Of a stretch of 51,243 bases of DNA, positions 38,789 to 47,874 are shown piece after piece. This stretch comes from Treponema sp. (GTDB lineage Bacteria; Spirochaetota; Spirochaetia; Treponematales; Treponemataceae). Location: positions 1 to 51,243 of the forward strand of contig JAGCYQ010000060.1 of assembly GCA_017960765.1 (NCBI GenBank), written 5' to 3'. How positions within the stretch are numbered: the stretch's first letter is position 1; every line of letters starts with the position of its first letter. The notes under the pieces are model-generated. The model worked only from the letters and a program-made list of their open reading frames with translations, searched no databases and was not told the origin of the DNA. Made by a program: the position numbers and the translations under genes.

Positions 38789-41491
38789 TTACTTTGAAGA
38801 AAAAGCGTTGATCTCTCCGTCTTTGGAAATGGTGAGGCATTCCGCCGTGGCATCTTTATCGATGTCCAGAAAAAGCGGTGTGCCATAACCCTTGATCGGA
38901 TAACCGGGAACCAGATTCAGATCACTGTCAAAGGCATAGATGATATTGGCGTTGACAGTCGCATACAGGGTAAACTCATCTTTTTCCATGCCGGTAGAGA
39001 GCGTTCCACCCTGCACTGTTGCATCCGGGATTTTCTTCCAGTCAATCTTTCCGCTGTATGAAATCCGGTAGACCCTTGCGTCTTCAGAAACTGCATAAAG
39101 ATTTTTCGCATCAGTCTTTACATCACCGTAGAATATTCCTTCGATGGAAAGAGGGAATGCAGGAAGAGTGTTTCCGTCTGCCCACCATGACTGAACCTTT
39201 CCATCCTGAGTGATGAATGAAACAGCTAGCTTTCCGCCTATCTCAACAAGTGAAGGCCTTCCAAATCCGGTTCCTTCTACTTTGATTGGATTGTCAACAT
39301 TTATGCATTCTCCGTCCTGAATGATGTAAATTGCACCGGGAAAAGTCCTGTCATAAATTGCAATTGATTTTCCAAGAACTGCAGGCTTTGATTGAATTCC
39401 ACCCTTGAACGGAAGCTTTATTTTGTTTATCGTGGCATCTTTTTTTACAGTTACAAAATTGCCGTCTTCAAGCGAAACAAATACCGACTCTCCGCTACAT
39501 TCAACATCAAAAAATGCTGATGAACCAAGTGACACAGGAAATCCTTTCTGCACTTCAAGTTTGCCATTTAATAGATATACATTTCCAAGACTTGTGACAC
39601 ACCACAAAAGCGCGTCATTTTTCTTTGAGTTCTCACCCACGCAAATTGATACGGTTTCATCTTCAGCAAGCTCAATGGGAGCAGTTTTCTGAACCATTTT
39701 CTTTATATCAAGTGAATGAACTGAATGCCTGTCTTCCGTCCAGAAAATCTTTGACGGTTTCTTTGTTTTTTCGATGAACAGATCACTGGATGGTGTTCCT
39801 TCTGTTTTGACTGGGAAACCTGATACAGAACGCACAGCATTTGCCCTGTCCGAAAAGGCCGAGAGAGACAAGTCTATTGAATCATCATTGAAGCATATGT
39901 CACAGCGGCCGATGGAATACAACGAGAGGGCCTTTACAAAATCTGAATCCCCCTGCAAGAAGAAAGGTGTTTTTTCAGAGAGATTATAATACACGGAAAC
40001 AGAAGAAGGTGAATCAGAATATTCAGAGATCTGATCCCAGAATATATTTTTCTCAAGTACATACTCGGATTCAGCGAAATTATACAGACTGGAAAGTGCT
40101 TCCGTAGATTGTGAAAAATAAGCGAACCCGTCCTGAACAAAAAAATATGGAGATGAAAGTGAGCTCTTATACGTCAAAAGAAGCTTTTCAATAAACGAAG
40201 GCAGCTTTATCTGCTGTAACTTTACACCATTTTTCCCTCTTGTGAATTCACTTTTTACCAGAGGAGAGGAAGCAAGTTTTTTAAACACATTAAGCATCTG
40301 CTCCTCATCACTTACCTCAAGCGCAAAAACAGGTTTGTCAGAGTCCTTGATTCCTATAACAGCCATTTCCTTGCCGGACCAGGAGAACAAGATGTCATCA
40401 AGCTTAAGCCCGAACAGAATCTTTCCAAGTGATTGTGCACCTGACCAGATTTCATCAAGCTTCATTTCTTCAGGGAAAAGCGGGAATATTGCTTCCTTTA
40501 ATTCATACAAGGATGCAAAATTCAAAAGGGTATATCCTGTCACACTGTCATTTAAGTTTGAGCCGAATCTGGGCACATTGGAATTCCCGGACAGAAATGT
40601 TGCGGCAGGTTCCTTCGCCTTTGACAAATCAACCGGAAGGCTCATGTTGATTTTTATGTTTGAGTCTGCGATATCAAGGGAAATCGAGGCAGGTAATTTT
40701 TCAGAAAGTATCCTGTCAATCTCACGTGTGATGATATTGCTTTCGGTCATGGCACGCAGCAACACCCTTGGCTTTACTATCAGGCTAAGGGATCCGTCAT
40801 CCTTGGAAAAAGCTAGCTCCTCTTCCTCCGTGTATGTATCGCTGAACGGACTGTTGAGCAATGCACGAGTAAAGAGCTTCATGCTGCTGGATGCGATTAT
40901 CAGGTTCTTGTACGGCTTGAAATAAATATATGCCCCGTCGTTTTTTATCTGATAGTATGGAAGAAAAGAATCATCCTTTACATATTCAACATCTTTTAAT
41001 GGACCGCTCTTGACGAACTTGAGCAATAAAGGTGTCATACGGCTAAGGCATGCATAAGGCCCCATATCGACTGCCGCAACAAAATTCAACAAACCTTTTT
41101 CATCGGAATAGAATGCAATGTCGGTTTTCCGCGATGTAATTTTCCTGAATGACTTCTTGTCGCGTACACTTGAATTCTTGAGTTCCCTTACCGTTTCCCT
41201 TGCACCCCTCAGTTCAGGAGCAGAAAGAAACAAATCAGTTACCTGCAGATCCAAAAGAGGATCAAAAGTATCGTAGGCAGAATCAGTATGTAAAAAAATT
41301 GAATAATCAGACGGAATTACAGAACGTGTCGGTACTTTCTGAAGCCAGCAGATTCCAATCCACAGAACAAGCAGAAGAATGCAGAACAACAAAAAAGAAA
41401 TCAGGATGCGGAAAAATAGACGGACTCTTTTTTTAGGCTTGAAGACAGAGACTGCTTTTTCTTCTGGAATTGCAATTTCATTTTCAATCAT
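38789..41491 (-). CDS. Large membrane-anchored hypothetical protein with predicted C-terminal beta-propeller
   Basis: N-terminal TM; recurring GFPV/AFPL/GYPI motifs and a DIDKD FG-GAP-like motif. Confidence 0.75.
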   Translation of the reverse strand: MIENEIAIPEEKAVSVFKPKKRVRLFFRILISFLLFCILLLVLWIGICWLQKVPTRSVIPSDYSIFLHTDSAYDTFDPLLDLQVTDLFLSAPELRGARETVRELKNSSVRDKKSFRKITSRKTDIAFYSDEKGLLNFVAAVDMGPYACLSRMTPLLLKFVKSGPLKDVEYVKDDSFLPYYQIKNDGAYIYFKPYKNLIIASSSMKLFTRALLNSPFSDTYTEEEELAFSKDDGSLSLIVKPRVLLRAMTESNIITREIDRILSEKLPASISLDIADSNIKINMSLPVDLSKAKEPAATFLSGNSNVPRFGSNLNDSVTGYTLLNFASLYELKEAIFPLFPEEMKLDEIWSGAQSLGKILFGLKLDDILFSWSGKEMAVIGIKDSDKPVFALEVSDEEQMLNVFKKLASSPLVKSEFTRGKNGVKLQQIKLPSFIEKLLLTYKSSLSSPYFFVQDGFAYFSQSTEALSSLYNFAESEYVLEKNIFWDQISEYSDSPSSVSVYYNLSEKTPFFLQGDSDFVKALSLYSIGRCDICFNDDSIDLSLSAFSDRANAVRSVSGFPVKTEGTPSSDLFIEKTKKPSKIFWTEDRHSVHSLDIKKMVQKTAPIELAEDETVSICVGENSKKNDALLWCVTSLGNVYLLNGKLEVQKGFPVSLGSSAFFDVECSGESVFVSLEDGNFVTVKKDATINKIKLPFKGGIQSKPAVLGKSIAIYDRTFPGAIYIIQDGECINVDNPIKVEGTGFGRPSLVEIGGKLAVSFITQDGKVQSWWADGNTLPAFPLSIEGIFYGDVKTDAKNLYAVSEDARVYRISYSGKIDWKKIPDATVQGGTLSTGMEKDEFTLYATVNANIIYAFDSDLNLVPGYPIKGYGTPLFLDIDKDATAECLTISKDGEINAFSSK

Positions 41492-42012
41492 TTTTTATTC
41501 ATGCGGTCCTTTATGCGGCCAACAAAAGAACGCGGTGACAGGAGGACAAAACTTGCATAGCTTATAAAAATCCTCATTATCACAACCAAAAGCATAAGTG
41601 TCGTTACGAATGACCACTGCAGGTTAAGCTCATAAGGAAGCTCACGAGATTTCATCTTAAAGTATATGGAGAACTGTCCCCACAAAGGAGACACAAAGGA
41701 AATGATCTCAAATATACAGAGTATCAGCGCCGCAACAAGAGTCAAGAAACGGCATAAATCAGAATTGAACGCCTGCTTAAAAAGAGAGATTGATAAAAAT
41801 GTAGAGATGACGATTACTACGACCCAATAGATCACACGCTCTGCATTGGGTTTCAGGAACAGAACTGAAAGTCCTTCCGTGGCATTTTCCTTTAACACCT
41901 TGAAACTTATATGGCTGAACATCAAAAATAAAACACAGACATAAAGTATGGTTATCACCACGTTAATAATTCCAGCTGCTTTAATAACTTTGTTTTTATC
42001 TTTCATTATCAT
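41488..42012 (-). CDS. Hypothetical 4-TM membrane protein
   Basis: Four hydrophobic segments; overlaps the start of the next gene. Confidence 0.75.
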   Translation of the reverse strand: MIMKDKNKVIKAAGIINVVITILYVCVLFLMFSHISFKVLKENATEGLSVLFLKPNAERVIYWVVVIVISTFLSISLFKQAFNSDLCRFLTLVAALILCIFEIISFVSPLWGQFSIYFKMKSRELPYELNLQWSFVTTLMLLVVIMRIFISYASFVLLSPRSFVGRIKDRMNKK

Positions 42013-42022
42013 GGCCCCTTTT

Positions 42023-43933
42023 TCACACAGGTTTAAAATCTACTGTAAGCTCAGGCAAGTTTATTGAGGAAACTTTTACGTCTATTTCCTGATTGATACT
42101 CACTTCTCCATTAACGGCAATATTCACTTCCAACGCAAGAGAAGGAATAGAAAACAAGGGAAGTTTCTGGCTTGTATCGAGACATACCGCCTTACCCGTC
42201 CATTCAGGATTCTGAAGGAGATATACCAGGGTCCAGTGCATGTTGCTCTTACGCTCAGCCTTGTGTGCGGCCTGGGCAGATTCTTCTCCCATTGCAACAC
42301 GCATGAGCATTGTGTCCTTGTCCAGCATCTGGCGTTTATCGAGGAATGCCCTTAGCTGCATGTGTGCAATCAAATCACCGTAACGTCTTAGCGGGCTTGT
42401 TACCTGACTGTACATTGCAAGTCCCAGTCCGCAGTGCATCGATGGAGTCACACCCACAGAACGCCTGTGCATGCATCGTCTTAGCCTGTACTGTCCCGCC
42501 AATCCTTCAGGAACTGATTCAATTCTGTCAGGCTCTTCCTGGCTTACAAAGGGGAAAGGTATTCCGTTCTGGAATGCAAACCTCGCTGCCCCTTCCCCTG
42601 CCAAAAGCATCATCTCACGGATCATGGCAGAACTCTGCGGATGAACAACTTCCTTTATCGTTACGTTCTTTGTCTCCGGATCCACAGAGATATTTACCTC
42701 CGGCATCTGTATCTGAACCGCTCCGCTTTTTTTCCTGCGCTGCTCATTCTTTTCTGCAATGTCAAACAGAGGCTTCAGTTCCGGGCTTTCCTTTAATGTG
42801 TCCGCTTCCTGATATGTAAGCCGCTTGACGTTCACCAAGGTCTTAAAAATCTGGCAGTCCTTTATGGTTCCGTCGTCATTCAATTCCACCCTGAAAGAAA
42901 GTGCCCTGCTTTTTGGTGTAAGGCCCAGGGCATAATCCTCAAGGGATTCCTCACAGAGCATGCGTGATGCACCCTCCGGGATATAAAGCGTGCTTCCCCT
43001 CTCGCGTGCAACCTTGTCTATCGAGCTGTCAGGCATGACTGTGCTTGCTGGATCTGCGATATGTACCCAAAGATATTTTCCGTCAAATGCAACGGCATCA
43101 TCAGGATCTGCAGACCACTCATTGTCTATGGCATAGGAGATTCCCTCTACCTCAAGCCTTTCCTCTTCCGGCGGTGAGGCCAGTGACTCGCTTGCGGAAT
43201 GCATTGAAAGTCCCCAGCGGTATGGATAGGGATTGCGTGTGATTTTCCATATTCCTGTATCAAGCAGAAGCTTATGTGCCCTCTCTGGTGTTTCCTTCAT
43301 GTGGGCATCATGCATGGTTCGGCTCTTGTCGGTTTTGCCCAGTGCAAGTGACTCCACGTCAACCATGTATTTTGAGTCCCCCTCGATAAGCTGTTTCTGC
43401 TTTAAGCGCTGGATGAATGCGGCACGGAGTTCTTCCTCCTTACCCTTTTGCTCTGCCTTATCCTTTATGGCTTTTATTTCATCCGGGCTCCGTGGAATGA
43501 ACACCAGTTTCTGGCTGTCAAAGTCTTTTTGTGAAATTGAAAAATAAAGCGTGTTCCGTATCAGGGAATAAACTGCATAAGAATCGTCGGCTGTCAGGTC
43601 TCCGTAAAAAAGCTGCACCAGCTCAGAAAAAACAATTGGTGAGCTTGAAGTTGATTCATCGGAGAGCAAGAGTTCATGAGCTTCCTCAAGCTGTTTCTCT
43701 ACAGGACCACCCGTTGCAAAGTCATTGGATTTTGCCTTGTCCAAAACCGCCTTTAACGAAGATGCAGGTCCCTCATGCAGAAGCACCACATCCTTTTCGC
43801 GGACGTTCTGGCTTGAATACGTGCCATCCTTTTGTCCCTGAAACTGCACAGGAAATTTTCCACCCGAAGGAGAATCTGTTACAAGAGCGGCTTCATTTTT
43901 ATATAATACGACTGAATTTTTCTTAATCATCAC
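42023..43933 (-). CDS. RNB-domain exoribonuclease (RNase II/R family)
   Basis: AIDNEWSADPDDA, VHIADP, RGSTLY, EMMLLAG, HCGLGLAMYSQVTSPLRRYGDL. Confidence 0.92.
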   Translation of the reverse strand: MMIKKNSVVLYKNEAALVTDSPSGGKFPVQFQGQKDGTYSSQNVREKDVVLLHEGPASSLKAVLDKAKSNDFATGGPVEKQLEEAHELLLSDESTSSSPIVFSELVQLFYGDLTADDSYAVYSLIRNTLYFSISQKDFDSQKLVFIPRSPDEIKAIKDKAEQKGKEEELRAAFIQRLKQKQLIEGDSKYMVDVESLALGKTDKSRTMHDAHMKETPERAHKLLLDTGIWKITRNPYPYRWGLSMHSASESLASPPEEERLEVEGISYAIDNEWSADPDDAVAFDGKYLWVHIADPASTVMPDSSIDKVARERGSTLYIPEGASRMLCEESLEDYALGLTPKSRALSFRVELNDDGTIKDCQIFKTLVNVKRLTYQEADTLKESPELKPLFDIAEKNEQRRKKSGAVQIQMPEVNISVDPETKNVTIKEVVHPQSSAMIREMMLLAGEGAARFAFQNGIPFPFVSQEEPDRIESVPEGLAGQYRLRRCMHRRSVGVTPSMHCGLGLAMYSQVTSPLRRYGDLIAHMQLRAFLDKRQMLDKDTMLMRVAMGEESAQAAHKAERKSNMHWTLVYLLQNPEWTGKAVCLDTSQKLPLFSIPSLALEVNIAVNGEVSINQEIDVKVSSINLPELTVDFKPV

Positions 43934-43974
43934 ATTCCCACTAGGAATTATTTTATAGTAAAAATCAATCTATA

Positions 43975-45978
43975 TCAACAGGAACCGTGAACACAAAGCT
44001 CAAACGGCACAACCGGAATCATTACGCTTCCAACACAAGCGCCACAATCTGCCTTGACGTAGAGATCAACATCTTTTGGACAGTCAGCCTGAAGGTAGCA
44101 GATACAATCAACTTTTCCACGCAGCTTTTCAGGAACCGGAATGCACAGGCTCTTGCTATCTTTCAGTCTGGCAGCCACTTCAACCTTGTTTCCTTCAGCA
44201 AGCAGATAGAATCCCTTCAGCTCATCATCTTTATTTACAACCGAGCAAAGATTTCCGTCATGGAGATCAAAATCGACTGCATAATCATTTCCTTCAAGAT
44301 GACAGCCGCTTGGCCGTGGGGAAGAAGGAATGTCTTTCAGACCATACGCAAGCCTTAACGCCTCGTACGAAAGCCTTTGACCCACAGTGGATTTTTTCTC
44401 GGGATGAAGGTCGTTCCATTCTCCCGCATCAATCATAACCGCAAGGCCACAGTTCTTTACCTTACGGCTCACACGTGACTGCACTTTCCTCATGTCAACC
44501 CAATGTGTCTCGTCTATTGTGTTTGATTCATAGCGTCCGTCTGAAAAATTCGGAAGCTGAACTATTATAAACGGAAAATCCTTTGCTCCGTAAACGAATT
44601 TCCTTCTCCAGAGCATAATCATTTTCTCAAGCAGTTCTTCGTATTCATCTGCGTTGCCTGCATCTGACTCTCCCTGGTACCACAGTGCACCGGAGATTGC
44701 CTGGTCAAAGCAAGGGGAAAGCATGGAATTGTAAAGTGCTGTCGGAGCCCATTCAAAGAACAGCTCGGAAGGCCTGTCACTCATTTCCTTTGCAATCTTC
44801 ATCTCCCATGTCCCGGACAACGGAATGCACAACTCTCCTTCAGGAACATCAAGTGCCCTGCATTTCTCTGTATTACGGAATGCAACCGGCGGAACATAGA
44901 CGTTCTCCGTAAAGAGGTAATATGGTTTTTCCGCTGTAAAGGAGATTTTTTGCGCGGATGAATTTTTCTGAATCTTGATAAGGATGTAATTTTTTCCCGC
45001 ATGCAGGGTACCGGACGGAACCTCATATCGTCTTGGGGGATAACAGTAATATGTGGCACCCACCTGAACACCGTTCACATAAACAAAATCGGCATCCAGA
45101 ATTCTTCCAAGCCACAGCCTTGTTTTCCTTGAGTTGAATGTCTGGGCTTCAGTTTCGCTTAACTCAATTTCCTTCTTGAGCCACAAAAGTCCTGCACCCT
45201 TGGGTTCATCTATTTCACCGGGAATTGAGCATTCCTTCCAGTCGGATGCATTCAAATCAGGCATGTCCACACCGGCAAAAAGCTCATCAGTCCATTTTTT
45301 TATCGCTTCATCGGTTGCTTTTCTTGCGAGGGTCAGATTGTCAGGTTTCTCGCATTTTTCCAGTGTCTCAAGATAATTCTGTTTTCCACGGTAGTCGGCA
45401 ACACTCTGCCTGTCCATCCATGAGATTATTGGGGAACCGCCCTGGCTTGCGTTGACTATCCCGACAGGAACATTCAATGCGCGTGAAAGATTTTTTGCAA
45501 AGAAATATCCTGTGCCTGACATAAGCCCCAGAGTTTCGGGGGACGCCGGAATCCATTTCGGGGAATCTATGAAATCCTTCTCACCGTCAAAGCTGAATGA
45601 GATGGGAACTGTAATCATGCGTATGTTATCGTTTTTGGGAAGCTTAAAATCTTCCGGGTATGACCACTTAAGCCTTTCCATCGGGAGCTGTGCATTGGAC
45701 TGACCAGAAAGCAGCCACACTTCCCCAACCCAGACATCGGAATAAGAAATTGTCTCACTGCCGTTTTTTACCTCAAGCGCAAAAGGACCACCTGCCTCAC
45801 CAGGATTGAATTCTATTTTCCAGCATCCGTCTTCATCGCTTGTACAAGTCCATTCCTGTTCCCTGAAAAAAACTGAGACTGAGCTCTGTCCCGGAGCAAA
45901 ACCTGAAATGCAGTTTATCCTGTTCCTCTGCAAAACCATTCCAGACGCATAGATTCCCTTTACGCAAAACTTTTCCAT
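43975..45978 (-). CDS. Sialate O-acetylesterase (SASA/SGNH) family carbohydrate esterase
   Basis: GMVLQR, GEVWLLSGQSN, WYQGESD, IVQLPNF, DLHPEKK; start moved to ATG 45978 (SD GGAG) because the longer ORF crosses a terminator. Confidence 0.9.
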   Translation of the reverse strand: MEKFCVKGIYASGMVLQRNRINCISGFAPGQSSVSVFFREQEWTCTSDEDGCWKIEFNPGEAGGPFALEVKNGSETISYSDVWVGEVWLLSGQSNAQLPMERLKWSYPEDFKLPKNDNIRMITVPISFSFDGEKDFIDSPKWIPASPETLGLMSGTGYFFAKNLSRALNVPVGIVNASQGGSPIISWMDRQSVADYRGKQNYLETLEKCEKPDNLTLARKATDEAIKKWTDELFAGVDMPDLNASDWKECSIPGEIDEPKGAGLLWLKKEIELSETEAQTFNSRKTRLWLGRILDADFVYVNGVQVGATYYCYPPRRYEVPSGTLHAGKNYILIKIQKNSSAQKISFTAEKPYYLFTENVYVPPVAFRNTEKCRALDVPEGELCIPLSGTWEMKIAKEMSDRPSELFFEWAPTALYNSMLSPCFDQAISGALWYQGESDAGNADEYEELLEKMIMLWRRKFVYGAKDFPFIIVQLPNFSDGRYESNTIDETHWVDMRKVQSRVSRKVKNCGLAVMIDAGEWNDLHPEKKSTVGQRLSYEALRLAYGLKDIPSSPRPSGCHLEGNDYAVDFDLHDGNLCSVVNKDDELKGFYLLAEGNKVEVAARLKDSKSLCIPVPEKLRGKVDCICYLQADCPKDVDLYVKADCGACVGSVMIPVVPFELCVHGSC

Positions 45979-46026
45979 AATTGTATAAACTCCAAAAACC
46001 GTTTCAACAAAAATATTAAAAAAACT

Positions 46027-46057
46027 AAAAAAAACGCCACCAGAAAATCTGATGGCG
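46027..46057 (-). terminator. Terminator after the sugar ABC ATPase gene
   Basis: CGCCATCAGA-TTT-TCTGGTGGCG-T8. Confidence 0.85.
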
Positions 46058-46128
46058 CTCTCAACTCGCATAACGACCAGCAATAACTGGTAGTGCTTAT
46101 TGATTTTTATCGGCAGCCTTTGCCTGCA

Positions 46129-47382
46129 TTACTGCTTCTTGGCAGCTTTTTTAGCGGCTTTGGCCTGCTTTCTTGCTTCTTCCGGATCCAGTGAGCTGTC
46201 AACTGTTACCTTGTCATATCCCACGGCACCGGTCAGTGCGTTTACCAGCCAAGGAGCATCAATCTTTTCGCAAATGTTCAATTCTGCATCGAAATCTTCG
46301 GGATTCTTTACAAAGAACTTGCAGCGTTCCATAGCCGGAACAAAGTTCACTGTTTCTCCCAACTTGAAGAGTTCCTTTGTAGAAGACATAACGCGTGCGA
46401 TGATGTTCTGACCCTTTGTTGCAAGGAACAAGTGTGTTTCTGCACCCAAAGGCTCTTTGTTGGTAACCTTCATCTGCATGTTGTTTTCTGCAGCCGGAGC
46501 AGACTGAATGGCCAGGTCTTCCGGACGTACACCGAAGTATACTTCTTTTCCGACATAAGCCTTGAGAGCTTCCTGCTGTTCTGCAGTTGGAACGAGAACG
46601 AATGTGCCTTCGTCAGCTACAATCTTGTCTCCTTCCTTTTTGATTGTTACGGTGAGGAAGTTCATTGGCGGTGAACCGATGAATCCTGCAACGAACTTGT
46701 TGATCGGATGGTTGTACAGATAGAGTGGTTCTCCAATCTGCTGAACGTGTCCGTCTTTCATAACAACGATCTTTGTACCCATTGTCATAGCTTCAATCTG
46801 GTCGTGGGTAACGTAAATCATTGTTGCCTGAAGCCTCTGGTGCAATGCGGCGATTTCACCACGCATCGTTACACGAAGCTTTGCGTCAAGGTTTGAAAGA
46901 GGTTCGTCAAACAAGAAGACTTTCGGGTTACGAACGATAGCGCGACCTACGGCAACACGCTGACGCTGTCCACCAGACAAAGCCTTTGGCTTACGATCCA
47001 AGTACTGTGTCAAACCAAGGATTTTTGCAGCCTCATCAACACGACGCTGGATCTCGCTCTTGTCCATCTTGCGGATTTTAAGACCGAAAGCCATGTTGTC
47101 ATATACTGTCATATGAGGATACAAAGCATAGTTCTGGAATACCATGGCGATGTTTCTGTCCTTTGGCGGAACTTCATTCATCATCTCACCGTCGATGTAA
47201 AGTTCACCTTCAGTGATGTCTTCCAGACCTGCGACCATGCGGAGAGTTGTTGACTTACCGCATCCAGAAGGACCTACGAATACGCAGAATTCCTTGTCTT
47301 CGATAGTGATATTGGCGTTCTGAACGGCACGAACTCCACCGTCATAGACTTTACCAATACCCTTAAGCTCTACTTTTGCCAA
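46129..47382 (-). CDS. Stand-alone carbohydrate ABC transporter ATPase (MsmK/MsmX/UgpC family)
   Basis: GPSGCGKST, VFQNYALYPHM, LSGGQRQR, FLFDEPLSNLDAKLR, VTHDQ; TTG start with SD GGAGG. Confidence 0.95.
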   Translation of the reverse strand: MAKVELKGIGKVYDGGVRAVQNANITIEDKEFCVFVGPSGCGKSTTLRMVAGLEDITEGELYIDGEMMNEVPPKDRNIAMVFQNYALYPHMTVYDNMAFGLKIRKMDKSEIQRRVDEAAKILGLTQYLDRKPKALSGGQRQRVAVGRAIVRNPKVFLFDEPLSNLDAKLRVTMRGEIAALHQRLQATMIYVTHDQIEAMTMGTKIVVMKDGHVQQIGEPLYLYNHPINKFVAGFIGSPPMNFLTVTIKKEGDKIVADEGTFVLVPTAEQQEALKAYVGKEVYFGVRPEDLAIQSAPAAENNMQMKVTNKEPLGAETHLFLATKGQNIIARVMSSTKELFKLGETVNFVPAMERCKFFVKNPEDFDAELNICEKIDAPWLVNALTGAVGYDKVTVDSSLDPEEARKQAKAAKKAAKKQ

Positions 47383-47415
47383 TTTTGGCCTCCCTAGGGG
47401 TTATATTATGAGTCA

Positions 47416-47444
47416 ATTATAAAGCCATTCCAGTCATTAGTCAA
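47416..47444 (-). promoter_or_regulatory. Promoter of the ABC ATPase gene
   Basis: TTGACT-17-TATAAT. Confidence 0.75.
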
Positions 47445-47543
47445 ATGAAAAATCCGGAATTCAGGGAATTTTTTGAAATTTACTGGAAATTTTGAAAAAA
47501 GGCACATGGATTTGCCAGGAGATTCAAGTTTTATGTTTAAAAT

Positions 47544-47573
47544 AAAAAAAAGGACCGCCCTAAAGCAGTCCTT
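47544..47573 (-). terminator. Terminator after tRNA-Leu
   Basis: AAGGACTGC-TTTAGG-GCGGTCCTT followed by a T run. Confidence 0.85.
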
Positions 47574-47574
47574 A

Positions 47575-47656
47575 TGCGGAGAAGCCGACTTGAACGGCCA
47601 CGCCTCGCAGCACTAGCACCTCAAGCTAGCGTGTCTACCAATTCCACCATCCCCGC
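47575..47656 (-). tRNA. tRNA-Leu(GAG), CCA not encoded
   Basis: GCGGGGATGGTGGAATTGGTAGACACGCTAGCTTGAGGTGCTAGTGCTGCGAGGCGTGGCCGTTCAAGTCGGCTTCTCCGCA; anticodon arm CTAGC-TTGAGGT-GCTAG; long variable arm. Confidence 0.97.
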
Positions 47657-47667
47657 AAGTGATATAA

Positions 47668-47696
47668 ATTATATGTAGTTTTAAAAATAATGTCAA
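47668..47696 (-). promoter_or_regulatory. Consensus sigma70 promoter of tRNA-Leu
   Basis: TTGACA-17-TATAAT. Confidence 0.9.
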
Positions 47697-47750
47697 TAGG
47701 AATGCAAGCAATATTCAAAGGATTTTTTTACTTATTTTTTCTATGATTGA

Positions 47751-47778
47751 TTGACTATGCGAATTTATATGTTATAAT
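47751..47778 (+). promoter_or_regulatory. MCP promoter
   Basis: TTGACT-16-TATAAT with TG extension. Confidence 0.6.
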
Positions 47779-47874
47779 TATTTCATAGTCATAAAGATAT
47801 AATCAAAAGTAGATTAGAGAGTTTTTTTCACTTTTACGCTACATGGTGTTTTAGTGTTACCAGAGAGGTATTAT

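Noticed and set aside
45979-46083. N-terminal extension of the esterase ORF as a signal peptide
   Set aside because: It runs through the upstream terminator and T tract; an SD supports ATG 45978
47575-47656. tRNA-Leu as an island integration site
   Set aside because: No integrase or duplicated tRNA 3' end is visible, and the terminator follows directly
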